A DNA stretch of 63,893 nucleotides, counting the filler, from Dugesia japonica (lineage: Eukaryota), in assembly GCA_001938525.1 (NCBI GenBank). It is 5 parts of 5 records of this genome, joined end to end, with 100 filler letters (N's around TTAATTAATTAA, not from the genome) between each part and the next. Parts side by side here need not be neighbours in the genome. Positions count along the whole stretch, not along the records: positions 51,603 to 63,893 come from MQRL01484931.1; 4 more parts are not named here. One strand, given 5' to 3'. The notes under the pieces are model-generated. The model was not told the origin of the DNA. It worked only from the letters and a program-made list of their open reading frames with translations, and made no database searches. The translations under genes were made by a program, and so were the position numbers. This document shows, piece by piece, positions 51,503 to 63,893 of this stretch; the stretch's first letter is position 1; the number at the start of each line of letters is the position of its first letter.

Positions 51503-51602
51503 NNNNNNNNNNNNNNNNNNNNNNNNNNNNNNNNNNNNNNNNNNNNTTAATTAATTAANNNNNNNNNNNNNNNNNNNNNNNNNNNNNNNNNNNNNNNNNN
51601 NN
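51503..51602. other. artificial contig-joining spacer
   Basis: N44-TTAATTAATTAA-N44. Confidence 0.95.

Positions 51603-51670
<68 letters not shown>
51603..51670 (+). repeat. (ATT)n microsatellite
   Basis: direct reading. Confidence 0.95.
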
Positions 51671-52259
51671 CTTCGTGGAATTTAATATAGATACTCAAAA
51701 AGCGTAATTCTGTCGATTAATTCCTAATACAAAACAAAGAATTGAAAACTAATTCTATGGATTCCGCAATTTTAGTCTATTATGATGACTCACTAACGAT
51801 GACACATTGATTCTGTTAACCTTCGTTTCCATAGTTATATTGATTTTTGCTAGTATGTAATTGCATTTGAATTAGAAAAATTCATTTTTTAAACAATTAT
51901 TCATTTTATTTAATGTTTTACAATGCTTTAGTAATATTTAATTATTTCGTAAATCACTACATTTATGAATAATTAATTTTTTTCAAGTTGTTTAAAATTT
52001 GTTTATTTTTTTTAAATGAAAGAAAAATGAGTAAAACTTATTTACAAAAAATCAATATGAGAAAAAGTTGACATAAATACGATATTCGCAAATCTACAAG
52101 TGTTTTATGTGAAAATCATAAAATACGTAATTTCCATTTCGTTGTTGAAATAAAAAATTAATAAAATAAATATCATGAATAGATTTTCTTTTTAGTAAGC
52201 GTATTGCAAATGTATTATCACATTACAATATTTTTATCTATAAGGTTTTATAAAACAAT

Positions 52260-52870
52260 TATGGTTTTTGAAAAAATTCACCCTTAACGATAAAAATGAT
52301 AGAATATATCCAAATTTTCAAAAAATGGGTCACACGATGATAGATTGTCCAATAAAAGAAAAGGTAGAGTGTCAGACTTGTATGGAACACATAAAACAGG
52401 TATTGCCCAGATAAAAGAACGACAACATGTTTTAGTTGTTGGGAAAAGGTCATATTAGAAGATTATGTCAAGAAATTCGGTGTAAGAACTGCTATAGTAA
52501 TGGTTATGGAACCGAGAGATAGTTGAACTATAGAAGAATGACAGAAAATAAAGGACCAACAGAATACAGATATAATCAGATAGACAAAATCGAGAATGAA
52601 GATGAAAGACAATCATAAGTAAAAACAGATGAAGCCAAGCCTTAACCAAACAACAGGGTTCCACCAGTAGAAGAGTTGTTTGAAACCATTTACTAATGGA
52701 AAGTTGATAGGATATATTCTCAGAAGGCCTAAAAGTAAAATAATGTAAGAAGAGTAAATGATAAGGTTTCCAGATTTCTAAAGAGAAATAAGTTTGATGA
52801 AATAGAAAGAATTAGATAGATACAGGCCCTAAAATTGATGAAGTCACGAAGATCTTTTGACCATGGATTA
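52260..52870 (+). pseudogene. gag: gypsy gag/protease remnant
   Basis: CPDKRTTTCFSCWE..GHIRRLCQEIRCKNC knuckles; IDTGP. Confidence 0.65.
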
Positions 52871-52901
52871 TAAGATATAGTTTAAATATTCTAAAACTAC
52901 T

Positions 52902-53300
52902 ACCATGTTTTCCTGCTATAAGCGCGGCTTATTAGAGAAAAAAGTTTTTTTCTTGAAAAAAACAGATCAATTAGTGGGGTGCGGCTAATTAATGGAACTA
53001 TCTTATATAGATATTTTATAAAAAATACGGGGTTTTAATTTATTATAAATTTAGTAAAAATGGGGAAAACATAACAATTTGTATCAATAATTAAATCAGT
53101 ACACTTATATAAAATTAAAAAATGACAAACAAGCAGATATATTTATTCATAAACCTTCTTTACATGAATAAACTCATTTATAAACTATAAATTTATTAAG
53201 AAATTACTCAGCAATCATCATTAAATAGTTTAAATTCCTCCGTCAAGACGTCGTTTAGATCTAATTGAAGGTATTCATTATATTCTTTGAAATGTGTTTT
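52902..53300. mobile_element. pogo/Tigger-type remnant
   Basis: TACCATGTTTTCCTGCTATAAGCGCGGC...GGGTGCGGCT end; right boundary approximate. Confidence 0.4.
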
Positions 53301-54299
53301 TGTGGCAAAAATGCTGAGAAATAAAGTTAATGAATGATTCTAGATCTTGAAAAATATTAAATTTTATTTTTTTTAATAAAAAAATAAGCGTTATTTTGTT
53401 TGATTGTTTAATAAGTTATTACTGAATTTTTTGAGGATATGAAAATAACCTCTAATCCCACCAGTTTCAGAAATGTTTGTACCGAAATATTGAGCTTTCG
53501 AACTTAAACTGGTTAAATTTTTGTTAAGGAAACTTCATAAACCCATCTACAATCAGGTGAGACAACAAAAATTGGGATTTTATAGGTTATTGATGGTTTT
53601 ACAAGATCTCGGAAATTTTTTGTGTATTTAAAGGATGATAAAATACATTTATATATTTATCAATTTAACGCTAAGATGCAGTGTTGTAGATGCTTCAATA
53701 TATAACTAAGATAAGATTGTTTATTATGGCTTGTAGCTAATTTGGAGTTGGCATAAGCTCACCGGTTACATTTTCAATTACCCTTACAGTAGAACACTCA
53801 GATCCAATAGACCTGGCTCTTGTTACGGATGTTTCCATATTATACTCCTTGATTTTTAATTACAACAAACCAAGCTGAAAAAATCAATTGCAATTGCAAT
53901 GATTGGATAAGCAGTCAGAACTCACTAAGTAAACAAATATTCATACATGTCTCTATTTCAGTAGAGTCAGAATTACCATGAGTACATTTTTTAGCAGCAT
54001 TTCATTTCACAAACAGAAATTTTTAAATCTAAATTTTGATGCGACTTTTCAACTAATAATTTTGACTTTATTTTAGAAATATTCTGTTTTCCATGAGTGA
54101 GAGTTGATAATGATGTTGAGGTAGATTATTGTATCCAAAATAATAATACTGAGACTGTGAGCTTTGTTTCTAATAATATATTAGGTTTGTAAACAGATAT
54201 TATTTAATGGAATATTAATTGTAACTACAAAATAAATTAACTAATTGAATTGACTAATAATGCGTGATATTTTATGTTATACAAAATGTTGCAATCCAG

Positions 54300-54900
54300 G
54301 TACAGCTCTAAATGATAAATGAAGTAAGCATTGCTTTGGGGTGCTTTATCATTTAAGTTCAAAATATTACTGGATCCGTAATATTTTCAAGACAAAAATG
54401 TGAAAAATAGATATTTTTTACGAATTAATTCTCATCTGAAATCCAATAGATCTTTAAAATCCCGAATCATATTTTTTTTATCTTCTTAATGCCATGCGAA
54501 GCCTCGACTGGAATACTTCTTTAAACGTCTTCAAATATTTCACTACCAACTCATCTTCTATCCATCAAGTTACCAACCGTTCCTGCACTTTTTCTTGGAT
54601 ATCCGCTTAACGTCAAAATACATTTCACATTTCGATATGAATCTTTCAATGTCGTCATGTCTTCTGAAAATCTCAGAAATTGTTAAGACCGTAATACTAT
54701 CAGTATTTACCGCTGCCACCATATTATAAGCAGAGCATACGTACCCATTCATAATTTTGTAATATTTATACCAAAATAAAATTTAATAATTAATCTGCAA
54801 ATTTCTAATAAATCCCACTCGAGTTATATTTGATTGTCTATTTGGCTGAAATAAATAAATATAACAAAAATCTACTTCTTCCAATTTCAAGTTATTAATT
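54300..54900 (-). mobile_element. gypsy LTR end, PBS and gag N-terminus remnant
   Basis: PBS TGGTGGCAGCGGT at 54721-54709 (complementary to tRNA-Leu 3' end); DDIERFISKCEMYFDV resembles the gag at 1888. Confidence 0.65.
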
Positions 54901-55038
54901 GATTAAATCTATTTCCTTAAAAAATTAATTAATTTAATATTAAAATTAAAATTTATAAATCAATAAAATTGTAATAAAATATAGAGAATTTTGGAACAAA
55001 GATCTGTTGTCGTTTTGAATCAATCAAGAAGTCAATAT

Positions 55039-55070
55039 TTTCCTGAAGAAGACTTTTGTCGAAATTTGAA
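55039..55070 (+). ncRNA. degenerate minimal hammerhead motif in a diverged Penelope-type repeat
   Basis: TTC-CTGAAGA-A-GAC TTTT GTC-GAAA-TTT-GAA, followed by the family-like ATCGAGCTTTT. Confidence 0.55.
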
Positions 55071-55299
55071 TGTCTTTAAAAATAGATTTTATTTTTATCG
55101 AGCTTTTTCTTTATTTTAATGAAATTATAAGTTTCTATTTATTTTTATTAATTCTCCAAAACTTTAAATATTTAAACAAACTACAATGACAATAATGACA
55201 ATAATGATAATAATAATGATAATAATAATGATAATAATAATAGTAATGATAATGATTATGATTTGTTACGAAATACTATATTAAAAATGTAACATCAGT

Positions 55300-56470
55300 T
55301 AATGGTGCTCGGCTGTTCACTGAATAATTCTGGAAAGATTCCAGAATTTCATGTGCTTTAAATTAAAGACAATTAAATAATTCTTTTACAAATNATCACT
55401 TAAATCTGTAATTNACTTTTTAAGACAAAATCTATAGCTTTTCTAGCATTTAGATGAAACTATTCCATTTTGTTTTACAGTCTAGTATAAGACAATATTA
55501 TTTACCAAATTTACTAACTGGATATTTCTGTAAAATATCATTTTTCTTTGGTGACCGTCGAAATGTTTTGATTATTTTTCTAAACTTTTTCATAATTTTC
55601 CATAATTCTGTATAAGTAATATAATATCCTCCTAACCGAGCATCATGTTCAATAGGAAATTCATCATCATTTCCAGAATACTCCGCATCATTTTCATCAT
55701 CAGTAAATGAATTGTTTTCAAAATCCGAATTTAGAGAAAATAATTCTTCTTAAAAATGATTTTCATCTTCGATTGTTGTTGCTTTATAAATTACGCTGAT
55801 AACAGCAAATTTCATTTCATGAACAAAACACAATGGTTGGAAAGCAGGAACCAGTTTACCTACTTTTCCATTACTGCAGCACCATCGTTTGTCAAACATA
55901 AAATATTTCTTTCAAAGAACAAAGCAAATTCTGTCAGCAATTTTTGCAAAAACTCAATGCATTTCATTGCCGACAGACTCTCATTAATCTGCACTAGACC
56001 TACGTTCCCATATTTCAATTTCGAATGAATATTAATATTCTGATATCGGCAATTTCGCATTGATATTCATTTCTCGAATGTGATACTGAAACCCTTTCCA
56101 GAAACTTTACACTCTGCAATTTCTTAAATCAATAAGGTTTTGAGACTTTTACAATAATCAATAATAGTTTATTTTTATGTATTTCTTGTGATTTTTGCAC
56201 GCGGCTTAGATTTGTCGATTTACATTTGATGTCTACTCCTCAAACTAGAAAAAGGCTTGTTTCCTTTTAAAATATTTGTATTGTGCATTGTTTCAATGAG
56301 TGTGGAGCCTGCATGTGGATCCACCAGCAATTTTAATAATTCTAGAACACGTTTTCAATTTTGCATAACAAACTTTATATTTTTTAAGATAGTAGAACCA
56401 AATTGAATTGTTATATTAGCCTTTATGATGTTTCACAAATTTCAGATTTTCTTTCATGGCAGATTTGTAT
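55300..56470 (-). mobile_element. decayed hAT (Ac/ZBED-like) transposase
   Basis: ILCLTNDGAAVMEK, BED-like N-terminus, acidic insertion, many stops. Confidence 0.65.
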
Positions 56471-56545
56471 CAGTATTAAAATACTAACAAATATGAATAA
56501 ATTAACATTATCAAATTACGGATTTAATTAAATAATCATTAAATT

Positions 56546-57082
56546 TGTTGGGGTACCACGTAACCAGCTCGATCACAATTGATGTTGTAGAATAAGATCT
56601 AGTGTCTCAAATCAATATCTTTGGAATAGAGCCGGTGACTCGCAACTCGTAGTTCGAGTGTATAGCTCGTGTTTCTTTGGTTCGGGTACATTTTTTGAAA
56701 ACACTCGCTTTGGTTCATTGCGATACCATCACTAAGCTTACAAGTTACTAAACCAATTTAACATTTGTCAAGGACTCTATGATCTTTATCGCTGTCCATC
56801 ACCTTCCCGTTAGTCGCTTATAGATTCATTCTGTGTTTTGGTTATCCATGTTTGAACCCCTCCCTTTATGATCAATATCCTTAAAGATACTACTTTGAGT
56901 TGCCCGTCAGAATAACTAATTACTCGAAACACTATCAACCTGCTCGTTTAATGATCTTTAAACTCGACAGAAAGATTTATTATCATCCGCGCTACTATAC
57001 TCATTAATGCTATCATTATTCGTATTCGATAATCCGCACATTACCCCATATTTGGAATAGGGTAACCATTGTCGCCACAACA
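56546..57082. mobile_element. short or deleted solo LTR of the TGTTGGGG family
   Basis: TGTTGGGG...CCACAACA inverted termini; TSD not evident. Confidence 0.55.
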
Positions 57083-57362
57083 TTTTTAAAAAATAAATTA
57101 TTATTAATCATCATTATACATTAGGATATATAATTAACAAATTCAAAAAATCATGATTACGAGTAATTATTCATTAATGACTATCGATTGCGAAAACAAT
57201 ACTTAGTTTAGAAAGTGTATTAACATTTACGGTTACATTATGATTACTTTTATCGTTGAAAAATAAAGATTCATTTAACTAGAAAGTTATATAGCTGGTT
57301 AATACAAATTTTGATTACATAATCCAATATGTTACATAATTACTTACGTGAATTGGGTATTT

Positions 57363-58278
57363 CAAGTGTTGCCAACCTTTTTCGTATTTCGCCCCACTAA
57401 AAAATATTATTTAACTTTCGCACCCCCATTAAAAAAACATTATTTTATGGCATGCAATTTATGGTAAAAGATATTAAATAGGTTAAAAAATGGCAAATCA
57501 AACAAAATTATTAAAAATTTAAACATAAAATGAAATCATATTTAATGACTTTTTTGTTCTTGTTTTATTCATTTTTCGAATCTTGGATTTTTTTTTGCTA
57601 AATGCAATTCTCAGATCTGATTGTGTATTCAGGCGATTTCTATGCTTCGTTTTTATTGATAGAAGGGAACTACATCCAAATTCGCAAAAGTAAGTTGTGA
57701 CAAATGGAATAAGGAGAGATAGTGGTTTCTTTCTAATCTTTGGGTACAAATTTAAAGTTGAACACCAAAAATCTTCAACAGTTTCATTTTCGAATTTTAT
57801 TTTGAGATGACGATTAGCCCTCAAATCAACTATTTCATCTTTCAAATGGTCATCATCTGACATTCTTTCCAAATTGTACAAAAAATGGTTTATAATCCAT
57901 TCTTCGGAAGATTTTAACTCTCAACAAAAGAAATATCCATCAAACGACTTTGATAGCATTTCTAAATTATTTATAATCTCTTTGTGAACCATAAGAATTA
58001 AAGTTCCAGAAAAATTTCATAAAGTAATAGAAAATTTGAAAAATTACCAACCTCAATTCTCCGAACCCAAAGATTTAATTTTTCTTTGAAAGCAATTTAA
58101 ATATTAAACTAAGTAAATTTAAATTTAATAATTAAATTACGTAAAATGATAATTCAAATATGTAATGAAATTTATTTTGTCATTAGTTGAGTAAAACAAA
58201 ATATTTTTTAAAAATTGATTATTGTTAATTTTATTTCGTACCCCCAAAGGGTGCGTGCAACCTGGTTTGGAACCCCTG
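57363..58278 (-). mobile_element. internally deleted hAT (Charlie/Buster) element
   Basis: TIRs CAAGTGTTGCCAACC / GGTTTGGAACCCCTG; TSD GGGTATTT / GGGTATTG; PFVTTYFCEFGCS...KTKHRNRL. Confidence 0.9.
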
Positions 58279-58289
58279 GGGTATTGGCT

Positions 58290-59034
58290 ATTTTTCATAT
58301 TGGCTATTTTTTTGGAATTCCGAAACTCATCGAATCCAATTGACTGTCCTTAAAACCCCTGTAACTTTCTTCCTGATAGAGCTACGAAATGAAATTTCTA
58401 CAATCTATACATTTTTTCCAACCATAATTTTCTTAATTGCTAATTTATTTTTACTAGAAATACCTCTTTTTCTTCTGTTTTAACTTTCATGAATTTACAT
58501 CTGTTTAATAATATCTCATTTAGTTTGAATGATTTTTCTTATTTTGATAAATTATTAATAAAAAATTTTCTTTAAGGGGATTTATTTATTAATTTTCATT
58601 ATATTCTTTCATTTTAAGCCAAATATTAAAATTATTTTGTCCTTCTGTCTTTCAAATAATTCATTTTATTTATTTTATTTATTTTTCTGTGGCTAATTGT
58701 TTATTTAATTTAGCATTTTTATTCCTATTAGTAAATGATTTAACCCCTTCGTTACTTGCAGCTTTTTCGCATTCTCTTTCCTATCTTGTTATATGTCTTT
58801 AGTTGCGCTGTTATTTTTCCTAGATATTTCTTCTTCACAGTAATAAAAGGTTATTGGTTATTATTTGTTTACTTTAGCCTCTTATTTAGTTTCTTCATAT
58901 CTAGTCATTTATCTGGCAAACTTTGGGCCTTTAAGGCCTTGAACTCTTTACTTCTTTTGCCAATATTTTCTTGCACGATTCCTGCCCCACCGATCGCTTA
59001 TATGGTTTTTTTTATCGAGTATTCTACCCCAACA
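58290..59034 (-). mobile_element. LTR fragment of the TGTTGGGG family
   Basis: ends TATTCTACCCCAACA on +; left boundary approximate. Confidence 0.45.
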
Positions 59035-59645
59035 AATTTTAAAATATAAAATTACCTAGTTAATTTATTTTTTATTTCTATAAATTTAAATTTCCAACAC
59101 CAAAAGTTAAANNNNNNNNNNNNNNNNNNNNNATAAATAATTAAATTGTTCTTATTAATCTTATTATTCTTGTATTAAAATATGCAAAATTCGTATTGCA
59201 AAAAAATTTAAATACAATACAATACACAAGAATAAATATTGCAATAACTAAATACATAGAAATAGTGAGATACATACAATTTAAATAGAAAAACACTAAA
59301 ATTATTAATTTAACTTAGTTTTAATTTTTTATTTCATTTAAATATTTAAAATAGTATTTAACAAGAATTAATTTTTGTTTAAACACTGAAAACCTGTATT
59401 CAAATCAATCAATACCGATGTAAATTAGGCGGTATATTGGTATTGTATTCCCTAATCATAGCTAACGGCTGAGTCACCATAGAATTGGTATAGTTCACTC
59501 ATATCTTTTGTTGCTTTAACAATAAAACAAGTCGTTAATGCTTTTATTCATCATCGGTTTGATTCCTGCATTCGCAAAATAAGATTAATTTACAAAAATA
59601 TTTTGTCATGCAATTATATTACTACCAAATATATATGAATATTAT

Positions 59646-62086
59646 TGTTGGGATTCCAACCTAGTTGTTTGAAGAAAATTACGGCTGGGGGAAAAATCAG
59701 CCCTCGGGGGATCCCTCGAAGAATTTACCTAAAGTCCCTATTTAGGTATTCAGTGTAGAGCTGTTGACTCTCAAGCCTACTTGGAGTTCAAGCTCATACA
59801 CCTTTTGTTCTGGTTCATTGTTTCCCAATTTAAATCAAACTAATCAAGATATTAACCATAGATTACTAAGAAAATTTATTTTGTTCAAACAATTTTAATT
59901 ACATAAAATTTAGAGCCTCAGGATCAAGCCACTGGTCTGGCTCGTCATTCGAAAAGTCGAATGCGGCCTCGTTATCATCGCTATTTCACCTGACCCATGT
60001 TTCTAATTCCAGGAGGGGGGAGGTCGGCGATGTATCTTTTCAAAAAATCGATTTTATGAACGAGGATTTGCTTTACTCGATTTGCGAGCTCGTCCTGTTT
60101 TTTATTTACTATTTCTAATTTCTTAATGAGTCAGTTTAGCTGTGTCAGGTGGCGTAGTAGTGACCGCTCGCATCGTTTAGAGAAATGTTGCTCCAATAAA
60201 AACTTCTGAATAATTTTGTGACAGCGGCGTAAACTATTTGGAAACCTTATTCTTGACACTAAACAAAAATAAACAATTTATTTAACAGGCATAAAAAGAG
60301 CATAAAAAGGCCAAAACTAATAATTAAAATTATCAAATTAAGATTAAGAGGGTAATTCTACTAAATTTTATTTCTAAATAAATTCTGGTTCGTTTTACAA
60401 CAGATGGCCGAAACCGTGTCAAGAACGAGGGGTCTGCGTCGCTTTATCGATCATGAGCGGTGACAAAGGTATGTGTTTACACATCTCCACCAAATCAGTG
60501 ATCAGTTTATTTTCATGGTCATGGAGAGACCGGATAATGTCGGCGAACGATTCGAGCTGGTGCTTCCAGAGGCGCTCTTGGGAGTGTAAAGCTTCTGCTT
60601 CCAGCCTACATTCGTGGCATTGGGCCTTGTAACGACTAACCTTGGCCTGAGCAGTAGCGATTTCTGTTTCCCATCTTTTCTTGGTTAACCGATACAAATC
60701 CTAGGACATGTCTATGTCCTCACTATTCTCACGGATCTTTTTTGTGGGAGCGATGGAGCGATTGCGTAGACCACTCACTGCACAGCAAAAAAAGGAATGA
60801 TTATCATGGTTGATAGAACAATCAAAGACTACTAGTAGATTAACAACATAATCTGACAAAAGTTAGAACTATATGAATCGTTGCGATAATTTACCTGATA
60901 AATAAAATAAATGGGAACTTAACATCTGAAGAAGAGAGAAAGGAATATGAATTACAACCACAGTAAATTTCTTTTTAAAACACTAAATGAGATAATTATC
61001 GTAATGGGATTGTCCGTTTGTCAGACCAATCTTCATTCTGAGGTCATGTTGGTCGTGATCGCTGAAATGGTTTTCATATTAAAAATTAATTATCCCTATA
61101 AAAACTGGGTTATGTCTCAAGGGTTTAATTAAAATGAGATAAAAGGATTAATCATTGTTATTTTCTATTTATTAGTCATATGGCATTCTACCATTTGAAG
61201 ATTCAAATAAATGATTTTTCTTGTTTGATAATCCTACTGTGGCTTTATTTCAGTGGAAAACATGTCTCGGAAATCTATATACTACGACTGGGAGCACAAA
61301 CAACTCTATCTAATCGATGAACATTAATTGATAGCATAGTTAATGGAGAATATCTAGAAATTCATAGTTTACTAATTGGACATTTATTATATATGACACG
61401 CAAAATTATCAATATTACAACTAGATGATAGAACAATCATACTTACTGATTTTTAATGCTGGATACTGCAACGGTAAGATTTGTTGTAACTAATTCCAAT
61501 AACTTCTTTTCTTTTGATCGATTAAAATACCACGGTTTGTAACCACAATATTCCTTTTTAAACAGCACGCTATTAAATTCAATAGATAACTACTGTGATA
61601 GTAGACAGAAATTTTTTTTTAGAGGGTAATTTCATCTAAAATTCGGGGAGTTTTATACCTTTTCTAATTTATCTTCTTAGGGGCTTCCCAGTTTTTCCTG
61701 CCCCGATGATTTTGGACAATCCACAGAAAAGTTATCCGTCTTTTACTGATTTTCGATGTAATTAATTTCTTTTTTCTGAAATAATTAATTAATTTTTCTT
61801 TCTTAATTTCTGGTTTTGATTTTGATAATAATTTAATTTATTTGAATATTCTGGTGGCTTCTTTAAAATTATGTTTAATTTTCCGTTATTTTGCCAATAG
61901 CTTTTAATATTTTCTTTATATTTTCCAATTTTTTTCGATCTTATTTTGGTTATTTATTCGTGATTTGTTTCCAAAATTGGATTGATTATTAATTAACCTC
62001 TTTGTGTTATATTATTTCTCTCCTTGATGGCTGATGTTTGGGTCCCTGTTTATATTTTCTTCTTGAACGGGTGTTTCACCCCAACA
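59646..62086 (-). mobile_element. 2441-bp solo LTR-like element of the TGTTGGGG family
   Basis: TGTTGGG...CCCCAACA termini; 4-bp TSD TTAT both sides; right end resembles the 13500-13571 end of the pol-bearing element. Confidence 0.75.
60419..60925 (-). pseudogene. spliced coiled-coil ORF inside the solo LTR (exons 60925-60895 and 60777-60419; one internal TAG)
   Basis: 117-nt GT-AG intron with pyrimidine tract joins an ATG exon in frame to the 92-aa ORF. Confidence 0.45.
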
Positions 62087-63893
62087 TTATTTAAATAACT
62101 TGTGATTAATAATTATGTTAAGTAAATTTGTATTTCAATTTAGTTTTTGAAAATATTGCAGAATTTATTCCACAATTCAATAAATACAATTTCTGTTATT
62201 TGGGATTTATTTTTTGTTGCATACTTTGTATTTTTAACATTAATTTTTATATTAAACTGTGATTTGTTTATATTTAAATTATGTATAAATAAATAAATAA
62301 TTTGTATAAATAAAATCAAATATTTTCTAATTAATTATTGTTTAATTAATATTAATTATTTAGTATGTCATTCATTTATTTAATTCAAAAGCACCGTTTT
62401 AATTTACGCATTGGAACGTATTTTATTTTATTCCGCTCCTGTTAGTATCTTTACTGTTAGAATTTAAACTTATAATGTAAAATAAAGGCCATTTATAATT
62501 TATTAATTTCTTTGCTAGCATAAAGTGAATATTACTACAAAATTTTAATGGCTAATTTTAATTATAATACCACTATTTATATCAATTCTAGAGGGTATGC
62601 ATATTGTGATATCAAAACTTTTCTAAAAAAACTGTTCATTTGCTAATAAAACAGAATGATACTAATGACGTACCGAAATGCTAGATACGTAATTTCTTCA
62701 TATTATATCTGATAAATTTAGTTCATAACTTGACATTCAACAATTATAATAGAACTTTCAAAACATATTAATTGCTATTTACAATATTTTAATAATTTAT
62801 ATATATATATATATACATGTGTGTGTGTGTTGTTTTGAAACAGATTGAATCACGGTTATATTAATTATCTGACAGTTAAAAATAAATATATAAATTTAAT
62901 TGAGATAATGTTATGTATTGCTTTTGTTTATATTATCACGGAACACAGTCTGGAAAGCGCTGATATATAGGATAGCTTTAATTTAACGATCCAAACACTT
63001 AATTTTGTGTTTATTTTTTTTTGATTTTCTGTCATAAATATTTCGAAAATTAATTTGGTATATAACAATTCATTAAAAAATAGTAATCTATAAGTTAGAA
63101 AATAATCTTCATTAAATCAAGATATTCTTTTAAATTTTTATAATATTTCTTAACAAAAACTAGCAAAATTTTCAAAATAAACCATTTAAATATTCATTTT
63201 CCTATAATCATTATTATTTAAGATTCATTATTTAGAATTTTCATTTGTGATCTACAAAATATTAACATGTTGGTGGACAATTGCGTCCATAGACGTCAAC
63301 ACGAAGTTCACAATATGACATGACGACAATAGCCGTCCAAAATGAAACGGTCGTTTTCAGACACTACTGCTATAGCAGCAGAAATGTGCATTTACAGACG
63401 TACTGTAACAAGCCTAGTGCCACATTTGCAAAAGTTGTTGTTTGAATTTATTTTACTTTTTCTAGTGACCATCAATGCTTTTAAAGGAAATTAAAATTTT
63501 CAATATTAAAATGTAATAAAATGTTTATTATTTGTAGATAGAGATAACCAATTTGCTACAAAATTAATGTTTACATTAAATAATTGTTAAGTAGCACTGA
63601 AGTTACGTATAATCAAATTAATGTAACAATAATACTGATTAATCCAACTTTATGCATGACTTGCTTTTGAAAATTCGCGTAAAGCTTACACTAAAAACGC
63701 AAGCATTAAAAAATCGATAATTAAAATAAGCCTAATAATTTTTTGAAAAGCTTTTTTAGCAATTTTAATTTATTAGACAATATCAAATGGAGTACCGGGA
63801 GTCTTATGATAAAGAGATTGATTTCGTAAGACTGTAAAGTTTTGTTTTACACCGTACTTGTTAAATAAATTTATTACCACAATTTGATCGACT

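Noticed and set aside
63265-63470. GC-richer island near the window end
   Set aside because: No convincing ORF, splice pattern, TIR or RNA fold identified.
39144-63893. Continuation of talin after 38378
   Set aside because: No talin-like exon recognised, and these are different contigs.

Overview
Very AT-rich eukaryotic genomic DNA. A triclad flatworm (planarian) source is inferred from the composition, (AAT)n repeats and ~50-60 nt introns. The window is not contiguous: four identical 100-nt spacers (N44-TTAATTAATTAA-N44) join five pieces (1-13992, 14093-27659, 27760-39043, 39144-51502, 51603-63893). Host genes: four minus-strand exons of CFAP91/MAATS1 (piece 2) and eight plus-strand exons of a talin rod region (piece 3). 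Most of the rest is decayed transposons: Ty3/gypsy LTR elements, piggyBac, hAT, mariner/Tc1/pogo and Penelope-like elements. Most notable: (i) a ~10 kb gypsy element with a TGTTGGGG terminus whose integrase runs into a long CxxC-repeat extension, followed by same-strand accessory ORFs (basic, small transmembrane and secreted Thr-rich); (ii) a related 2.4 kb solo LTR with a 4-bp TSD that carries an apparently spliced coiled-coil gene; (iii) a family of short Penelope-type terminal repeats with minimal hammerhead ribozymes, repeatedly arranged as fold-back hairpins. All homology calls come from motif recognition, not database searches.
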